From NCBI RefSeq assembly GCF_006345805.1, contig NC_043001.1, positions 56,482,001-56,546,000 on the forward strand: a stretch of DNA of 64,000 nt. Direction: 5' to 3'. Below the pieces are notes generated by a model. That model had not been told where the DNA came from and made no database searches. It saw only the letters and a program-made list of their open reading frames with translations. The position numbers and the translations under genes are program-made. Position 1 is the stretch's first letter; each line of letters opens with the position of its first letter. This DNA is from Octopus sinensis. Its lineage: Eukaryota. Positions 1 through 13,499 of this stretch are shown piece after piece.

Positions 1-220
1 GCTAGCTAACTAACTAGGTAAATGGAGAAACAGATACTTAAGTATGTGACAAATTTCTCTTTAGCTGATCGTGTGAAAAGTAGATATATGGTATCTAGAA
101 AAGATTACTAAGGTAGCTCAGAGTTTAAACACTCTGAAGAAAATGGACTGATATAGATGTACGTAAAAAAAAAAGATGATGAAGTCTGCGATATAGTGGT
201 ATAAACGGCACAAAGTTGAT

Positions 221-251
221 ATCTATCTATCTATCTATCTTCTCTCTCTCT

Positions 252-338
<87 letters not shown>

Positions 339-340
339 TC
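221..340. repeat. compound microsatellite (TCTA)n-(TC)n-(TA)n
   Basis: Direct inspection. Further long (TA)n tracts at ~471-530, 946-1005, 5878-6062, 34880-34925, 35518-35562 and 60270-60330. Confidence 0.95.
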
Positions 341-468
341 ATAACCCAAACTATCAATAAATAAGACTAATACATCTAAATAAATAAAAAGTTGTAATAT
401 TAATAAAAGTGAAATTCTCACAATTAAAAGATTAGAAGTTAAATAATTATATAAATTTGGATAATTAG

Positions 469-509
<41 letters not shown>

Positions 510-957
510 ACTTACTAATATATATATATTCTTATTTTATTCTTCTGGCGAGTAGGGAGAACATTAGTTAGCCTGCCTTTAAAAGCCTATCTAAACTCCA
601 TTAAGGGTGAATAGTTGTATGACCTAGTCTTTAAAGACTGCAACAAGCCATTGCTCATTGTGATCGTGGTTTAACCTTTAGCAATTTTTAGAACGAAATC
701 CAAAGACACACATGCTGACACATACAAACGCACATACACATGCTGCTATTTAGTATGTAAGAAGCTCTCCATGCATTAGAATGTAAATGAATATATAAGA
801 ATATATGTCAATTTTGCCCTGAAGAGATTTTTACCTTATAAATTCATAATGCAGTTTTAATTGTAAAATATGAATGAAGGTGGGAATTGAAACGTGCGTA
901 GGTGACATGAAATTGACAATTGTATAAACGGATTGATTTTTCTTTGTGTTATATATA

Positions 958-1009
<52 letters not shown>

Positions 1010-2099
1010 ACACATACATACATGTGAGTATATATAAAAGAGAGGGAGAGAGTGTGGGCAACCATATATGTATTACACATAATGTAAATACATTATGAAA
1101 GGCAAATTTACTGCGGCATTCGTCCGGAATATATATTCTCTTACGGACGTACTGTATTTTGAAACAAAATATATATATCAGAAGCAGAGGAGAATAGCGT
1201 CTGGTGATTAATTTTTATGCATTTCTCTCCCGATGATTTCTGTCAATAGCATCTAATCACACACACTTGTATGCCAAGACAAAATTTGTCAGCACTGATA
1301 TAGGAAATCCCTGATGTTGCAAACAGCTACCCGCCTGAATAAAATACTTTAAATGCAACAGAAACATATATATTTATTTTGTAGAATACGACTCCCCAAA
1401 CAATGAATTCAATTAATTTTAATACATTTACTTATGGAATGACGACTAAATTCTATGACTTTATCCTATGGTACACTTATCATGATAAAGAAACATTGCC
1501 AACGCAATAGTATTTCATTCAATTCAGTTGATTGGCAAGTATTCGTGTGTGATGGGTTCAAAAGCAGTAGTCAGTTAAGAAAAGGTTAAACGGTTGCTGT
1601 TGAGAAAATATAGCCATTCGAAAGTATGGATCGAACGCTCTTTCTTTCATGATCACGGAGAAATTTTAGAAATATGAAAGTCAATTAGGGCTGTCTAACG
1701 TATCTTATTAGTTTTAAATATGCACTGATGGTTAAAAAATATGGATTTACTGCATGCATTTTGCATACATACATACATACATACATACATACATACATAC
1801 ATACATAGACAAATATGTGTGTGTGTGTGTGTGTGTAGAAGAAAGATCTGTATTCCAATAAACTACTTTCATCCAAGCTTTTCTTTTCATATGTTTGTAA
1901 TGAATCCATTGAAATTTCTTTCGAATTGTAAATTTCCTAAATTCGTCACCTACAGAGGCTTACCTTCAGGAACAAAATAATGATGTTAGAGTGTTTTGCA
2001 AGTATTTTCATAGTAGGGTGGGGCAAATGTAACTGGAATTTGTATTTTAACCATTAGCTAAATAGCGTTAACCATAAGTAATCAGTCAGATGTTTATTT

Positions 2100-2590
2100 G
2101 GGACGAGTGTATGTTGACTGCGTGTTTTATTAGTTCTTCGTTAAACTATGGCTCTTGCTGATTGCTGCCAATAACAATATTCTATTTTGTGAGAAATTCT
2201 GTGCAGTAAATATATGTGTATTGTACATTAATGCTTTCCTAATTAGGTCGATGTTGTTTAGTAAAGTACATTTCAATAGCTGCTTGTGCAAGTGCATGGT
2301 CAACCGGTAAGTGTGTCGTACTTGTATGACCAATATCATTAAGAGTAATATGCAATCAACTTTATAAATCTCATTAGTCAAGACTAGCTTAATCGCTGGG
2401 TCGCATACACTTGGTTTGTTATTGATAAGAAGGTTTATAATTATATTGTTTTTGTAGTATATTATTAGCGTTAATTTATGATTTGGCGTAATTCATTTTG
2501 TGTTCTATCTTAAGATGTTTTTGATAATACGTTCATTTATGCTTCGCTTAGTATGCAGTTGATTCATACAAAATATTTTATGTGTGGCTA
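2100..2590 (-). mobile_element. Penelope-like element relic (RT C-terminus and GIY-YIG endonuclease)
   Basis: Minus strand reads, with stops and frameshifts, NQLHTKRSINERIIKNILR*...KLTLIIYYKNNIIINLLINNK and then EIYKVDC...DIGHTSTT/YRLTMHL, matching the NQM..NYK.DE...IIYY..KT.NL and YIGxTxxxLxxRLxxH pattern of Penelope elements. Overlaps ORF 2130..2381. Confidence 0.6.
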
Positions 2591-2999
2591 CTGTATTTTT
2601 AATGAATGTAGTAACTGAAGTGTTTGTTGCATTGTATTTCTCCATGAGCTTTTCTGATGTTAGAATACCTAATGGTGATTAGAACTCAAAAGAATTAGAA
2701 AATTAGAGAACGAAAGAGAAAGGTGAGCAACATCAAAGGCAGCATCTTTTCCTGAAGAGAATTTTCCTCTCTCTCAGTAAACTATACATCTGCTACAATC
2801 ATTACTACCATTAGCACATCCGCTGTTACCATCACTAAAAATGTGGATGTAACAACACGGAGGGAAAGCACAACATTATCAACATCTAGAATCTACTGAG
2901 AGATAACAAGAACAACGGAGGAAGGGAAGAATAAAGCCAACAGCTTTTGCAGCACACCCAGCACTACAACAAACATTAGCACAACTACGTCAATAACAC

Positions 3000-4060
3000 C
3001 ATTGCTATTATTCCTACCGGAGCGTGACTTCTATGCCAGCTGCTCACGAATCCAGGTTTAATCTATGCAAGCTAACGCAAAGAAGCGTGTTTCGTTCATA
3101 AATGTCACCGCGCTATCTTGAATCATAGGGGATCTACAGGAGAAGTTAAATATCAGGCAAGAACACAAACTGTCTGTGATGACCTGCAACAGGTCAGTGG
3201 CTTATGTGAAGCGAGAGAAGAGACTCTCTGTAGTCTGTAGATGTATCAATCGTAAAGCGTGGAGTGTGGAAAGGCCAAAGCAAGTCGTGAAGTGTATGAA
3301 AGAAGCAAGGATATTATGTAATACATAAAGAAGAGCTAATACCGACAGTTTGGCATTGTTCACGAAAAAGAAAAAAAAAAACCTAAAACTCCGAACGACA
3401 GTGAGTACCTTTGAGGAATACCAACTGCTGCTCTCCTTTTTGGGACAAAATGTAACCAAATTCAGAATACATGACATGTTATGCCATACATCCAGTAAAC
3501 AAGAATAACAGCGATGAAATCCAATCCTGGTCGAGTTCAAATCAACTACCTAAATTTTAGGGGTGTGCTACAGCTAGAATTGCAGTTCACTCGTACAGGC
3601 TTTTAAACGTTTTCGATCATATCAGACCGACGTGTGAAGATCAGATGAGAACTGTGCTGGAAAACAAGGCCTTGATGTATAGTACTACCATGTAAGTAGC
3701 ACTGTACTCTACGTCACAGAGGATAATATCAGTATATGATGACAATGTCACTGTGATGCTGTCGGGTATATCAAGTTCGAGGTGGATTACACGTAGCTCG
3801 AGGAGAACAAGAGCCTCTTCTATTTACTATTAGTGTCATATGCAATCTGTCTCATGATAGAAAGTTAACGACTACCAATTCAGTTGAGTGAATGAAGTAC
3901 GAAGCAAAATAAGACATAAACTTGTCGAAAAGCGGTAGCACTTGCCACAGAGAAAACAACGGTCAAGCTTCTATGGAGAGGAGAGAGGCACCTCTATGTC
4001 AGCAGCTTCTTAAAACCCTTTGCTGTGTAACTACAGTTTTCTTAGGCTAGCTATTTCAGA
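3000..4060 (+). mobile_element. very degenerate L1/Tx1-like RT relic
   Basis: SVYDDNVTVMLS at ~3729-3764 resembles the Tx1 SAYADDVTV motif; VKLLWRGE at ~3962 resembles F.FLW.G. A similar fragment (TDNVTFIV) lies at ~60615-60645. Confidence 0.3.
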
Positions 4061-4109
4061 TGGATGACCAGAGGATAATGAGGTGACGCACTAACCTCGT
4101 TAAGTCGAT

Positions 4110-5240
4110 ATGTTGTTGTAAGTGCCTCTATTTTCTGTATGTTGTACATATCTTAAAGCTCAGGAATACTGCTTATTTATTCATATGTATGCTTCTTGCA
4201 TGATTGTTAATGTAGCTATTACTATGGATATTGTTTCTACTTTCTAGATTTTCATACTTGGATAATTTCCTAATATATTTTGTATATTGTTCATAGTATT
4301 TTGAAACTGATACTAGAAGTCGAAGAACTTCTTTTTCTGCTCATTTTGCCCCAAGTTATCTCTTCATTTAGCTTTTGTCTGTTTAAGCGAGTTCTTTTAG
4401 TAGTTCATAATACTGCCATAACCTTCAATAAATGAAAGCCTAAAATCTGTCATCTCTGACATAAATATTTTCTTTAGTAAGACTGGACAGTTTGACACAA
4501 TGTGGTAAATTTTTTTTCTTTCTTGTCTCAGAATGTTTGATCAGTATAAATCATTCTGTATTAGTTTTAAGTGCTGTACTTCTTAGTCATTGTTGTAAGT
4601 TTTATTTATTTATTTACACCATGTTCAGCATTTTCAAGTTTTAGTCACATGAATTCTTTTCATGCCATCGATTTAAATGGTTTTTCCAATCTCTGTTGCC
4701 TCCTTCTCAAGACAGTCGGCTATTTGAGAGTCTGTTCTTAAACAGAGAACAGTTGTTTTCCTGTTTGTATTGGTTTCTCATTGATACATACAATACATAT
4801 TGGAAGCCTTACTATGGATATCTTACTGTATTTTCTATTTGGACATGACACCTACCTATTTTCACGGTAAATATAAACATAACATTTTCATTATTTTTCT
4901 ATGCTTTCGTCACGTTAATTTTACTAGTTCATTTAACATTCAGTTGAGAAAATCATAACAAAAATTTATTACTAGAAAAGTAAAAGTATTGATGTATATT
5001 AAATTGTCTTTAACTGTGTTTTCTGTATCAATCTTATTCGTTGGTAATAGTTCTTCCTGAACTTTCTTGGTTTAGTTCATTAATTCCAGAGTATTTGTAT
5101 ATCTATGTTTGCTCGAATTCTGCTATCTCTGTTTCTTTGTCTACCATTATATAAGTGTTCTTAATTGTTTAGTCTTTCCAAGTTGCCTTTGTGAATCAGA
5201 ATTCCATATAAATTCAATCAGTGACTCCGCATACTTTTTG
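4110..5240 (-). mobile_element. degenerate R4/Dong-clade non-LTR retrotransposon, 3' part
   Basis: Minus strand QQ*LRSTALKTNTE*FI and KLSKYENLE..VETISIVIATL, collinear with the better preserved copy at 47930-48630. Confidence 0.55.
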
Positions 5241-5888
5241 CTACTGTGTGCCTAGTTGGAATAAAGCAGAATTACATAGGTTTACTCGAGCGGTGCTGAT
5301 TTAGGGTTAAGCATCAACAACGACAACAAGAACAAAAATGACAACTACAATGGCAACAACAACTACTGCATTTTATTAGGCAAAATTCTTGAATTCCTGT
5401 CAATCGTAGTGTCCTGTGCTATTAGGGAATATAAATTAATGTACGTGTTAACAGTTGGAAACAAATATAGCATTATCATATTTATTTCACCAGTGAGCCG
5501 TTATCGTTAGAGAACCCATTTGCTTGTAGAACGTTGAAACTCTCATATGAGCATAGAAAAACAGGTATAAAAAACCATTTGACAAATAATACAGTTCTTA
5601 CATAAACACACAGTCGTGCATTATCGAGGAGGACACCTTCACTGCGTCCCATTAGTCTCTGGCACTTTGAAAAAGATCTTGGTTGCTGGTTTTCTTCTCT
5701 GACTAAACCTTAAAGAATATAAATAATTAGGATTGTCTGGTGAATACATATTTTAATAAGAATATTTAGTGATTGAAATGAAATAATACAAGTAAATACA
5801 CATTTTATGAAGAAGAAGCGGCTCTCATTAGACACAGTAAACGATAGTGTCTTGATAAAAACAGCCTACCATCCTATATATGCGTTAT

Positions 5889-5934
<46 letters not shown>

Positions 5935-5948
5935 TATATATATATATA

Positions 5949-6065
<117 letters not shown>

Positions 6066-6199
6066 GAATACATTATGTCAAGCGTATGTCTAAGTAACAA
6101 CGGCTTGAATGAAAGTGGAGCTTCTAGTAAATATTTCTAAATCAGAAGGAGCTCTGATGCACAGTGCACAGACCCTATCCTTCAACTGTACGGAAAGTG

Positions 6200-8470
6200 A
6201 ACTGGGAAATGAAAAGCTACACGGGAGCAGTGAAATATTATTTAAGAAGTCAGTCAATGAACTGCATATTCTGGAAACTGATGTTAGACGTTTGGATTGA
6301 TATGCCATTTTTTAGTGAGAAACAGCTCGCAGAACAACTATTGTGTATGGAATTACTATTCTAATTTCGAAATTGAAGAAATTCCGAGAAATATCAACCA
6401 AGTATTACAATAACTAAATGACTTCTCAAAGATTCGGGAGCGTGTGAGGTAGATATCCAGGGGGATGAAATTGTCATTTGAAGTAAATGCAAGGTGTATC
6501 GTGGGAAAAGAAAAGGAATTTCATGCAAACAACCGAGAAAATGATTGACAAAAGATCTTTAAAAAAAGCGAGGCAGAAGCTAAAGCAAACGGAAGCTTTA
6601 GAGTCAGAAAATTTGAGGAAAATGGTTAGAACAAAGTTTAAAGAAAGGGTGTCGAAATTTAGCAGTGTTATTGATTAGATTATCTGTGAAAACATTAAAA
6701 AATCCTAACACAAGGTGTGGTAAAGTATTTGCAGAGACGTTTGTGTAAAAGAAAGAACAAACAAGGATCAGCTGGTACTCTGGTGGAAAAACTTAATGAA
6801 AGTTAGCGGCGTTAGAGACACCAATAAGTAAGCAAGACCAGAGGATGCAGAATAAATCAAAGGAATAAAAAGAAAAGTAGATTCGAGGAAAATGTATCTC
6901 GTAAAAAGATTAAATTTTGAACATCGATCGAAGAACTCAGGCAGGGTTTAAAAGCAAAATCTGCCAAATTCAGAAAGAATGAAGGATGAGACAACCAATA
7001 TAAGCACAACTGCCCTTATCAATCAAGCTAGAAATGTGTCCTTGTATTCTGTAGGGGAATAAGTGAAATGATAACATAAGACCGAATGCAAAAGAAAGTA
7101 AAATGTTCGGAGAAAAATGCTGGAAAAATGCCAAAGACAATAATAGACTAGCGTTGACATAATATGCAGAAAATTACACTGAATATGTTTAGTCGCCGAA
7201 GGAATTTACCATCATGACAGCATAATATTCGAAAGCAATTTAAAAAGGCAGGAAAGGGAAAAGCTGAATGTCGAAAACATGTAAAAAAAAAAAAGAAAAG
7301 GAAAAAATGATAACAAGGTTGTTATTTAGTGCTTCTATGAAGACGAAGCTCTTCGTAAAAGTGGTATCGGAAAAAAGGTCCACCAATAATGAGAAGGGTA
7401 TACTTAAGATCAGTGTGACCCAACTCATGTGCCAAATTTGTGCTATGTAGAAAAAGAACTGGTCTCTCCTTGTAGAAATTAAAGTAATCATGAGCAACGT
7501 TAAGACTGCAAGATATGCATCGATTTTGATGAGTCATTGGAAGAAATCAACTAAGAAATTATTGATAACGAATCTGAGAGCAAAGAAGCGCATGTAGTAA
7601 GTGGGATAGGTGAAAAGAGTGGAAACCAGGGTATTGATACGGGTAAAATGGAATATATTCGTAGAGACCCCACGTAGAGTTACTTTATGCTCTCGAGATC
7701 GATGAATAAGGAATACTTGACGGTATAACTGAATTGAATGTGCATAGTAATCGACAAAACCCAGTCAACCTACGGTTTGTCGATAAGAAAAAAAATGTAT
7801 ACTGAAATCATGAATGTAGATAGAGTCTCACTGTGTATATAGACAGGCAATATCACAGAATTACAGAACTTGCTTAGGGCAGCTGTAGTGGTAGTACGAA
7901 GACAAGTACATATGAGACAGAAAGACAAAGGAAGGCACGACAAGCCACAGTAGAAGAGGTTAATTATACAAGATACAATAACTCCGAGAATGTAATTTGG
8001 GAAGATACAGAGTTAGTGTGGGGTGGTGATGAAAGAATGCCAAGGAATATAAGCAAAGATAAAAAGGTATACAGCCTGAAAGAGTTGGATTTTCGAACAG
8101 TGATAGTGGAAATTAATATTTAGTAAAACCGTTAAAGTCAGGATGTATTCAGAAAGCACACCTCAATATAAGCAAAATAAGCTCCTTTATTCAAATCAGT
8201 GGCCGTTTTAAAGGAATTTGATCGGTGAAACCAGTGAGTGTGTACATAAAGCTGTGGCATCTGTTCCAAAGAATCTGCCACCGCTCCTTGACCAACTTAA
8301 AATAAAATATGATATTGGTTCTATTAAAAAAAAAACTACTTTATTAGATGTTCCTATTCCGCGAAATGTTCTCTTTCTCTGAAGTGTCAGACGTGATGGA
8401 GAGACCTTAAAACAATTCATGCCAGGTTTCAGAAACTGTGAAGAATCACAAGAAACAATAATGATAGCTT
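6200..8470 (+). mobile_element. degenerate R4/Dong N-terminal (pre-RT) region
   Basis: FSEKQLAEQ (~6310) resembles the SEQRLADQ motif; QNKLLYSNQ (~8170) resembles QNRLFxxNQKRFY, also seen in the copies at 28260 and 46100. Confidence 0.4.
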
Positions 8471-9529
8471 CTAATATAGGCAGGAAGCCTGATATTTGGG
8501 TGAATATTTACTCGATTAAATCGTTACCCCGGCTCTTTATTTTACTGACCTCGGAAGGTTGAGCGGTAAAGTTTACTCCAAGACAATTTTTCCGACTCTC
8601 TAACGATTCTGTCAATCCAAATCAGTTCTAACATAATCATCTGGAATAAGAAAATGTCTGATTCTACTGTCAGGAATATTTGTTTACTTATTAAAATCTA
8701 TTCCGAAAAGACGAAAAACAAACCTGATGTGCGCGCGATTTGAACTCAGCGTGTCCAGGAGCGTAATTAAGCATGGTGGTATAAAAACAATTCATTAGTT
8801 TTTCTCAACATTCAACCCACCTCCTTTCTTTAAATAATTTTAAAGTTACTCTGATAAAGATTTATTAATAATAAAAGTGTAATTTTAAGTTGGAAAGGTT
8901 TAGCCTTCAAATAGTTAAATTAAAAACGTTTTCAATGTGAATGTTAAATGTTTATTTTATTTTGCTGTTGTGTCACGAAGAGGCTCCGTAGTGATGTATT
9001 GGAGTGATGTATATTTGAAGACTGTAAAGGTTGTTACATGCTTCTGTAAATCAAAATTCCAGGGAATGTTAATGAATTGTTATTTAAACAACAAAAAAGG
9101 AGAAAGAAAACTACAAAAACAATTGTTATTCTTTGCTTGTAATGTATTTTAATTTCCTTCTCGTCTCCTTTAAATCAACGTCCAAAAGGCATTACCCACT
9201 TAAATCGTTTAAAAATGAAGAATTTCAATTGCATTGAAATACAATTACACTTCTCAAACAGTGATCTGATAGGTCGGTAAAAATTCTTGTTGAAAATAAT
9301 AAGGGCAATTATGTCGGGCTGCTATAGCAAATAATTACGACGATAAAGGAACCTGGTTTTAGTTGAAAAGGAATGCTTGTTACGATAATGCATCGACACT
9401 AATAGCATCACAATGGCTCTCTTGCATAATGAAACATACAACAGTACTAAGAAGAACAACGAAAATAAAAAAATAAATATATAACTAAATAAATTAATAA
9501 GGAAAATAATAATAAGAACAATAAACATT

Positions 9530-9747
9530 CTTTCTGATTTTGGTACAAGGTTAGTAATTTTGAGGAAAAGGGATAAGTTGATGAGATCTGCCCTAGTACT
9601 TGTCTGGTACTTCATTTTATCGATCCTGGAGGGATGATAGATAAGCAAAGTTAATTTCGGTGGAATTTGAGCTCAGAACGTAGAGAACCGGAGAAAGCCG
9701 CTAAACATTTTATTTGACATGCTAACGATTGTGCCAGCTCGCTTCTT
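9530..9747 (-). mobile_element. tRNA-headed SINE family S1, degenerate monomer
   Basis: Shares the GGTAC..TTTATCGA.CC..AAGGATGA..GCAAAG...GGAATTTGA.CTCAGAACGT block with the other S1 copies; AAT-like flank. Confidence 0.75.
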
Positions 9748-9878
9748 TAATAAAAATAATGCTGCTGTTGCTGCTGCCGCTGATGATGATAATTATTTAG
9801 ATTACTTAGATAAGTTTCGGCCGAAGTTGGCTCAGGCCATGTTTATTTAATAGCACCACGATTATAATAACAATAATA

Positions 9879-10267
9879 ATCCTTTCTACTATAGGCACAA
9901 GGTCTAGATTTTGTGGAGAGGGGGGTTGTCGATTATATCGACCCCAAGTGTTTCACTGGTACTTAATTTATCGACCCCGAAAGGATGAAAGGCAAAGTCG
10001 ACCTCGGCGGAATGTGAACTCAGAACGTAGCGACAAGCGAGAAACCTCTTTCTTTACTACCCACAAGGGGCTAAACACAGAGAGGACAGACAAACGGATT
10101 AAGTCGATTATATCGACCCCAGTGCGTAACTGGTACTTATTTAATCGACCCCGAAAGGATGAAAGGCAAAGCCGACCTCGGCGGAATTTGAACTCAGAAC
10201 GTAATGGCAGACGAAATACGGCTAAGCATTTCGCCCATCCTGCTAATGATTCTGCCAGCTTGGCGCC
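9879..10267 (-). mobile_element. SINE S1, dimer joined by fixed linker
   Basis: Two S1 bodies separated by linker ctttctttactacccacaaggggctaaacacagagaggacagacaaacggattaa (~10047-10102). Head GGCGCCAAGCTGGCAGAA and B-box GAGTTCAAATTCC on the minus strand; (AAT)-type flanks on both sides. Confidence 0.85.
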
Positions 10268-10285
10268 TTAATAAAAATAATAATA

Positions 10286-10499
10286 ATCTTTTCTACTATG
10301 AGAACAAGGTATGAAATTTTGGGGAAGGGCTCTAGTCGATTACATCGGCCTCAGTGTTTCACTGCTACTTAATTTATCAACCCCGAAAGAATGAAAGGCA
10401 AAGTCAACTTCGGCGGAATTTGAACTTAGAACCTAGGGACGAACGAAATGCAGCTAAGTATTTTGCCCGGCGTGCTAACGATTCTACCAGTTCACCGCC

Positions 10500-10500
<1 letters not shown>
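10286..10500 (-). mobile_element. SINE S1 monomer
   Basis: Full head-to-tail copy; its head abuts (TAA)n at 10501-10563. Confidence 0.85.
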
Positions 10501-10562
<62 letters not shown>

Positions 10563-10564
<2 letters not shown>

Positions 10565-10705
10565 GTGCAGGATCGTGCACTGTTTATCTTGATATGGGAT
10601 CACTATGAAACGCCCATATAATCGTGATCCATGTAACATTGGACTTCGTGTATTTGTACTACAATATCACTTTGGTGGCATGCGTTGCTCCCTCATTGTA
10701 TTCGC
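10563..10705. mobile_element. truncated, internally deleted copy of the 600-bp (TAA)n-embedded repeat (family D)
   Basis: ctgtttatcttgatatgggatcactatg...gtgatccatgt...ggacttcgtgtattt...atcactttggtggcatgc aligns by eye to 31200-31350 and 26452-26605; directly follows (TAA)n. Confidence 0.65.
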
Positions 10706-11465
10706 TTGTTAGTTGTGTTTATCACTGCTTTGACTTGATCAAATAAAAAAATACATACACACATAAGTATTAGACGAATTATTTACTAGGACTAATAGTC
10801 ACAACCAGAAATGCACACAGTTACGGTTAGTCCTTTATCCCCTCAAAAACTCACGTTCAAGAACGATCGAACTTTAAATGCCGTATGTAAATGCTCCCAC
10901 AACAAATGCGTCATAAATGCATTGATACAAGAAACATATACGCAGGCGCAACCAGTCCAGCACAATGAATAAAGCGGGTGGATTAATATAATCAGTATGA
11001 GATGTTGCTTAAGGAACTTAAAAACAGAGGCTGAAAAGAGCAAGCGTTGCTATTTATTTAGTAATGCTGTAAAAAGAGAAATTTCTGTTAGACGTGCTAA
11101 TAATAAGTATTATAACGATAATAATACCATTGTTGCTGATGACCGTAACGATAATAATCTTAATAGTAGACCATACCGCTTACGGTGTTTCTTTAGTAAT
11201 AGCAAATATGGCTTCTGTTACTGATGGGATTGGATAAGGTTCTATAGAAATTGAAACTGAAGTTGACGGCACATGTATCAACAACTTGCTAAAAGCGAAA
11301 ATGCAGCAAGCTACAATACTCCTCATGAGTATTAGACATGTTTGTAAAAGAACCTCTCTTAACGAACAACGTGGATTAAGAGACACTATCAGTAATGTAC
11401 TAAAGGGGGATAAAAATATTCCCAACATTGTGGCATTCTGTTATCCAGTTAAACAATTGACTTTA

Positions 11466-11545
11466 TTTCGTTTTTGGATTTGGTTTGCAAGATTCTTTAT
11501 ATGAATTCATGTGTTGAAAATGACTCTCCCCAGACACAACAGAAT
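11466..11545. mobile_element. internally deleted copy of the foldback element at 22551-22814
   Basis: tttcgtttttggatttggtttgcaagattctttatatgaattcatgtgttgaa is joined directly to aatgactctccccagacacaacagaat. Confidence 0.75.
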
Positions 11546-11899
11546 TGACTTTACTTACACACATTCGCAGTAATAGGCTATGCAGTATTCATGTATACGC
11601 TGTGTCCTAACAATAGGTCGCAGTTACCAACCTAGAATACACAACCGCACGAGTAAATTTAACTATAGAATACATACTCCACGTAGAAAAGCCCTTAACA
11701 CAGGCCATTTGGCAATATATAACACTTTTAGAGAAAATAGAAATCCATAGTGTGATGTATGAATACATTGATAATGTCAAACAACATACTGCATTGCTAA
11801 ACAACGAGCACGTTTAAAACCTTTTCACACAATCCAGACTAATTGCCTAAATGACTTATCAGATTATAGTAATGAATCCTGAAAAGAAAAAAAGGTACC

Positions 11900-12305
11900 A
11901 AAACAAGAATATGTTATCGACTTCGGTTACTGTAAGAAGTATTTCGATTTGCTCCTACAAGTCTTATTTATCAAAACAATGAATACCTCAGTTTTACGGC
12001 AACATGATGATTGGTGTAATGAGGGATGTCACAGGAATATAGTATTGGAAATTACAAACGGACAGAACTCTTGGTCTTCATTTAATCCTCGGTACACATC
12101 AGGTTGTTAATGAAAATGATAATTTGGAATATTACACTTGGAGAGGGAGAACCATGTTTCTTTACATGTCTTCTGTGTGCAACCGACTTAAAACTGTTTG
12201 TTGAAAACAGTTCTTTATTAGAGAGTCGCTTTAGCATTAAGTATTGGTACGTTTACTGTGTTTTGTTTCAAAGTATACTGTATATTTTGTGTCATACTAC
12301 AGAAT
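11900..12305 (+). mobile_element. degenerate CR1/L2-like RT relic
   Basis: YVIDFGYCKKYFD (~11912-11950) resembles YLDFxKAFD; CLLCATDLKLF (~12166-12198) resembles LFADDxKLF. Confidence 0.3.
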
Positions 12306-12624
12306 ATCCTTTCTATTTCAAATTCTTTTCACAAGGGCAGCTTGGGAGAGGTGGGGATAAGTCGATTACATCGACCCCAATGTTCAACTGGTACTTATTT
12401 TATCGACCCTAAAGGATGAAAGGCAAATTCGACCTTTGTAGTTGACCTTAATATCCTTACTATTACAGGCACAAAGGCCAGTGCTTGACTGGTACGTATA
12501 CGTCCCAGGAAGAATGAAAGACAAAGGTGACCTCAGATGAATTTGAATTCAGAAAATAAAGACAGGCGAAATGCCACCAAACATTTTGTCCGGCTCGGTG
12601 GCAATCCTGCAAGTTCGCCGCCTT
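12306..12624 (-). mobile_element. two tandem SINE S1 copies
   Basis: Two S1 tails (atcctttctat at 12306, atccttacta at ~12452) and one head ending at 12622. Confidence 0.75.
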
Positions 12625-12629
12625 AAATG

Positions 12630-12765
12630 GACCGCCTCTTTACAACGTCGGGGTCTCGGAGCCGCAATGTGCGTTTGAGGTGTTAATGTTCAACGAGTTT
12701 TGCAATTCGCATCAGCTCACGCTCTTCATCGGCGAAGGATCCATCTAGATTCCCTGTCTAGAGTC
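12630..12765 (-). pseudogene. degenerate 5.8S rRNA-derived sequence
   Basis: Minus strand GACTCTAGAC...GGATC...CGATGAAGAGCG (12731-12720)...GAATTGCA (12708-12701)...TTGAACAT...AACGCACATTGCGGCTCCG (12675-12657): conserved 5.8S blocks in the correct order, with internal deletions and no recognisable 18S/28S sequence nearby. Confidence 0.65.
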
Positions 12766-13499
12766 ATACTACAAAATATATCTGGATTTTAGGCAACACT
12801 CAATTTAGAGGAAGACGTAAATAGCATAAATGTATGTACAATATCTTTATGGATAGTGTACACATTATCTTTGTACTTTATATACGTCGAGTTGTCAAAT
12901 ACAAACTACTTCAAGAAAAAGCCTTATTCTTATAATAAAACTCCGCCTTTCTTAGAGAGCAACAATTTTGACATTTCTACGACGTTTTTGCATACAGACA
13001 AAGCACCGGATAGTTTAATAAGACTGACTTTATTCTACACGTAGAAAATACCATTAAAGTTAAGTTATAGGTACGGCATTATTAGGACTACGATACTGTG
13101 CAAATAAAAGGAAAGCTAAGATATTACACCGATCTAGCGCACTGCATTTATTACTGGTACAACAGCAGTGATACACAACCATTACTGTACGGACTTCGAC
13201 AATTTGACTTTAAGAACAGACACTAGCCTGTTCCAAAATGCAGTAATAATAGAATCTATAAACATTGTTAATGCATTGAAGCTGTAAACACTTCATTACT
13301 ACCATATAGTCTTACTTTGAACATTACTGTTCATGTATTACTGTTCATGTCTTCTTTCTTGAGTTAAACAGGAACTTATTTGTTAAACTTGAACATTTTT
13401 ATAAGTGTTCTCTAAAGCGTATCTGATTCTTGTTTAAAGAAAAGAAAATATTGATATTTATTATGAATAAAATAGAAAGAATTTTATCTGTAACCAAAA

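Noticed and set aside
9222-9240. Perfect 8-bp hairpin atttcaat-tgc-attgaaat
   Set aside because: Expected by chance in 64 kb of AT-rich DNA.
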